A DNA stretch of 64,000 bases from Podarcis liolepis (lineage: Eukaryota): assembly GCA_965112155.1 (NCBI GenBank), contig OZ218101.1. One strand, 5' to 3'. Each line of letters begins with the position of its first letter. Within the stretch, counting starts at the first letter, position 1. Below, piece after piece: positions 62,216-64,000 of this stretch. The translations under genes and the position numbers were made by a program. The notes under the pieces were generated by a model that saw nothing but the letters and a program-made list of their open reading frames with translations, was not told where the DNA came from and did not search any database.

Positions 62216-62572
62216 AAGGTAAAGGTAAAGGGACCCCTGACCATTAGGTCCTGTCATGGCCGACTCTGGGGTTGCGGTGCTCATCTCGCTTTATTGGCCG
62301 AGGGAGCCAATGTACAGCTTCAGGGTCATGTGGCCAGCATGACTAATCTACTTCTGGCGAACCAGAGCAGTGCACGGAAACGCCGTTTACCTTCCCACAG
62401 GAGCAGTACCTATTTATCTACTTGCACTTTGACGTGCTTTCAAACTGCTAGGTTGGCAGGAGCAGGGACCGAGCAACGGGAGCTCACCCCGTTGCGGGGA
62501 TTCGAACTGCCGACCTTCTGATCGGCAAGTCCTAGGCTCTGTGGTTTAACCCACAGCACCACCCGCGTCCCC
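62216..62572 (-). mobile_element. Sauria SINE, full length
   Basis: 12-bp TSD ATTCCACCAGTA at 62204-62215 and 62573-62584. Confidence 0.96.
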
Positions 62573-63406
62573 ATTCCACCAGTACCACACATTTAATCCA
62601 GATTTAGTGTTTCCATGCATGTTTCTTGGTAATTGTGCATTCAGATTAAATGGAAAACAGTGTAAGACAGCATTTTGATTAGGATCACATTGTGTGTGCA
62701 GCACAATGCTTGCATCTATGAGCAGCACTAACTAATAATAATATTAATAATAATAATACTAATACCTGTTCTATAGAAGTGCTTGTGCTGTCATAGCTGC
62801 ATGCATGATAGGGTGTAAAACAGTAAGAAAACCTGTGTCATTTTTAATTGATTTTTAAAAAAATGTAAAACACTTCTATACGGCTCTTCATTAAAAATTA
62901 CAGGGTGCTTCTCTAGCAAACAAATATATATGCTATAAAATTAGCTGGATCAGACCATTGTTTTGTTTTCTTCTTGCTATGGTATCTAGTAGCTCTCCCA
63001 TAATCTTAAAGATGCTTTTACTGTCTTGGAATGTACTAAGTAACAGTTTTCTCATGTTCTGTGTTGTCAGATGAATGTGAGGTCAATGTGCCCTTTTGAC
63101 AAAATAGTAATGCACTTGAAGACAACTGTTTTTATTTGATTTTTTTCAGGAATGTGTGGTGTTGTTTTTTTAAGGAATGTATATTTTCCCTCTTCTGCCT
63201 GTCCTAATGTGGAAATGCTTTCTTTGGAGTATTTCCTTAAAATGCTTTTTCTGTCTTCTATGTGGCAACACAAATACATTCCTTACTTTGTTCGCTTCAA
63301 TATTATTCCATGGTAGTGAGGATTCAAGGTTTTTCCATTGAATGAATGAATGAGAGAAAAGCATTTCTATTTCTTGTAAAGAGTGTTCCTACTGTTATGG
63401 CCTCTT

Positions 63407-63829
63407 AGGGATCAGAGTGATATTTGATTCAATTCGCATTTTGAAGCTGAATTTATCTGATTTGGATTTTTCCAAAACAATATGAGAATAGAAACATATC
63501 CATCCTGTGAAAGTCACACATCTGCAAATCTTGCAATGCAGTTCTCCAGCCAAATAATATATTAAAAAATGCATTTACTGAGATAAAGTGTGCATAAAAA
63601 TACACATAATTATGAATTATATTATCGGGGAAATTGCTTTGCAAGAATGTATACCAAATTGCATACCAAAATGTGCACATTAGAAGAATTTTGCACTAAA
63701 ATTCTGATAATTTTTCATAAAGTCTTTTTTTAATAATAAAAAAGCAAAAATGATATGGAAATTTGGAGAACTAAACTGAAGATAGGGAAAATGAGAGTAT
63801 CTGAAATTGGCATATTTGCCCATTCTTAT
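63407..63829. mobile_element. Old hAT (Ac-like) MITE
   Basis: TAGGGAT... / ...CCCATTCTTA degenerate TIRs, AT-rich interior. Confidence 0.5.
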
Positions 63830-64000
63830 TACCTACCCTTTATTCCCTTTCCAGGGTGTTACATTTGCATACACACCCTATTCACCCAAAGACACTTTTC
63901 AGTATCTTCTATCTCCTTTATAATTATTCTCCCTCTCCTATTCCTCTTTGGCTAGATCTGCAGTACCAAAACACCCCTGGGTCAAGTTCTCGCTCATCTT

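Overview
Eukaryotic, AT-rich, repeat-dense genomic DNA, almost certainly from a squamate and most likely a lacertid lizard, judged from Sauria (Squam1/POM-type) SINEs, a Squam3-type SINE and Bov-B. I recognise no host protein-coding gene, tRNA, rRNA or CRISPR array. Every ORF with recognisable homology comes from a retroelement: two 5'-truncated L1s, CR1s and Bov-B. The window also holds L2 remnants, many hAT, Tigger and Harbinger-type MITEs with TSDs, nested solo LTRs and short tandem duplications. It looks intronic or intergenic, with a few weak plus-strand exon candidates and one OTX/CRX-site cluster plus TATA and splice donor at about 48.8-49.0 kb. The most interesting signal is in the two nested, sequence-unrelated solo LTRs (37195-38414). 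Each carries a decayed ORF that begins with ATG at LTR base 5, has an acidic/Pro-rich body, and ends in a basic RRSxRL motif resembling the HMGN nucleosome-binding core. Family names are from memory of repeat consensus sequences, not database searches.
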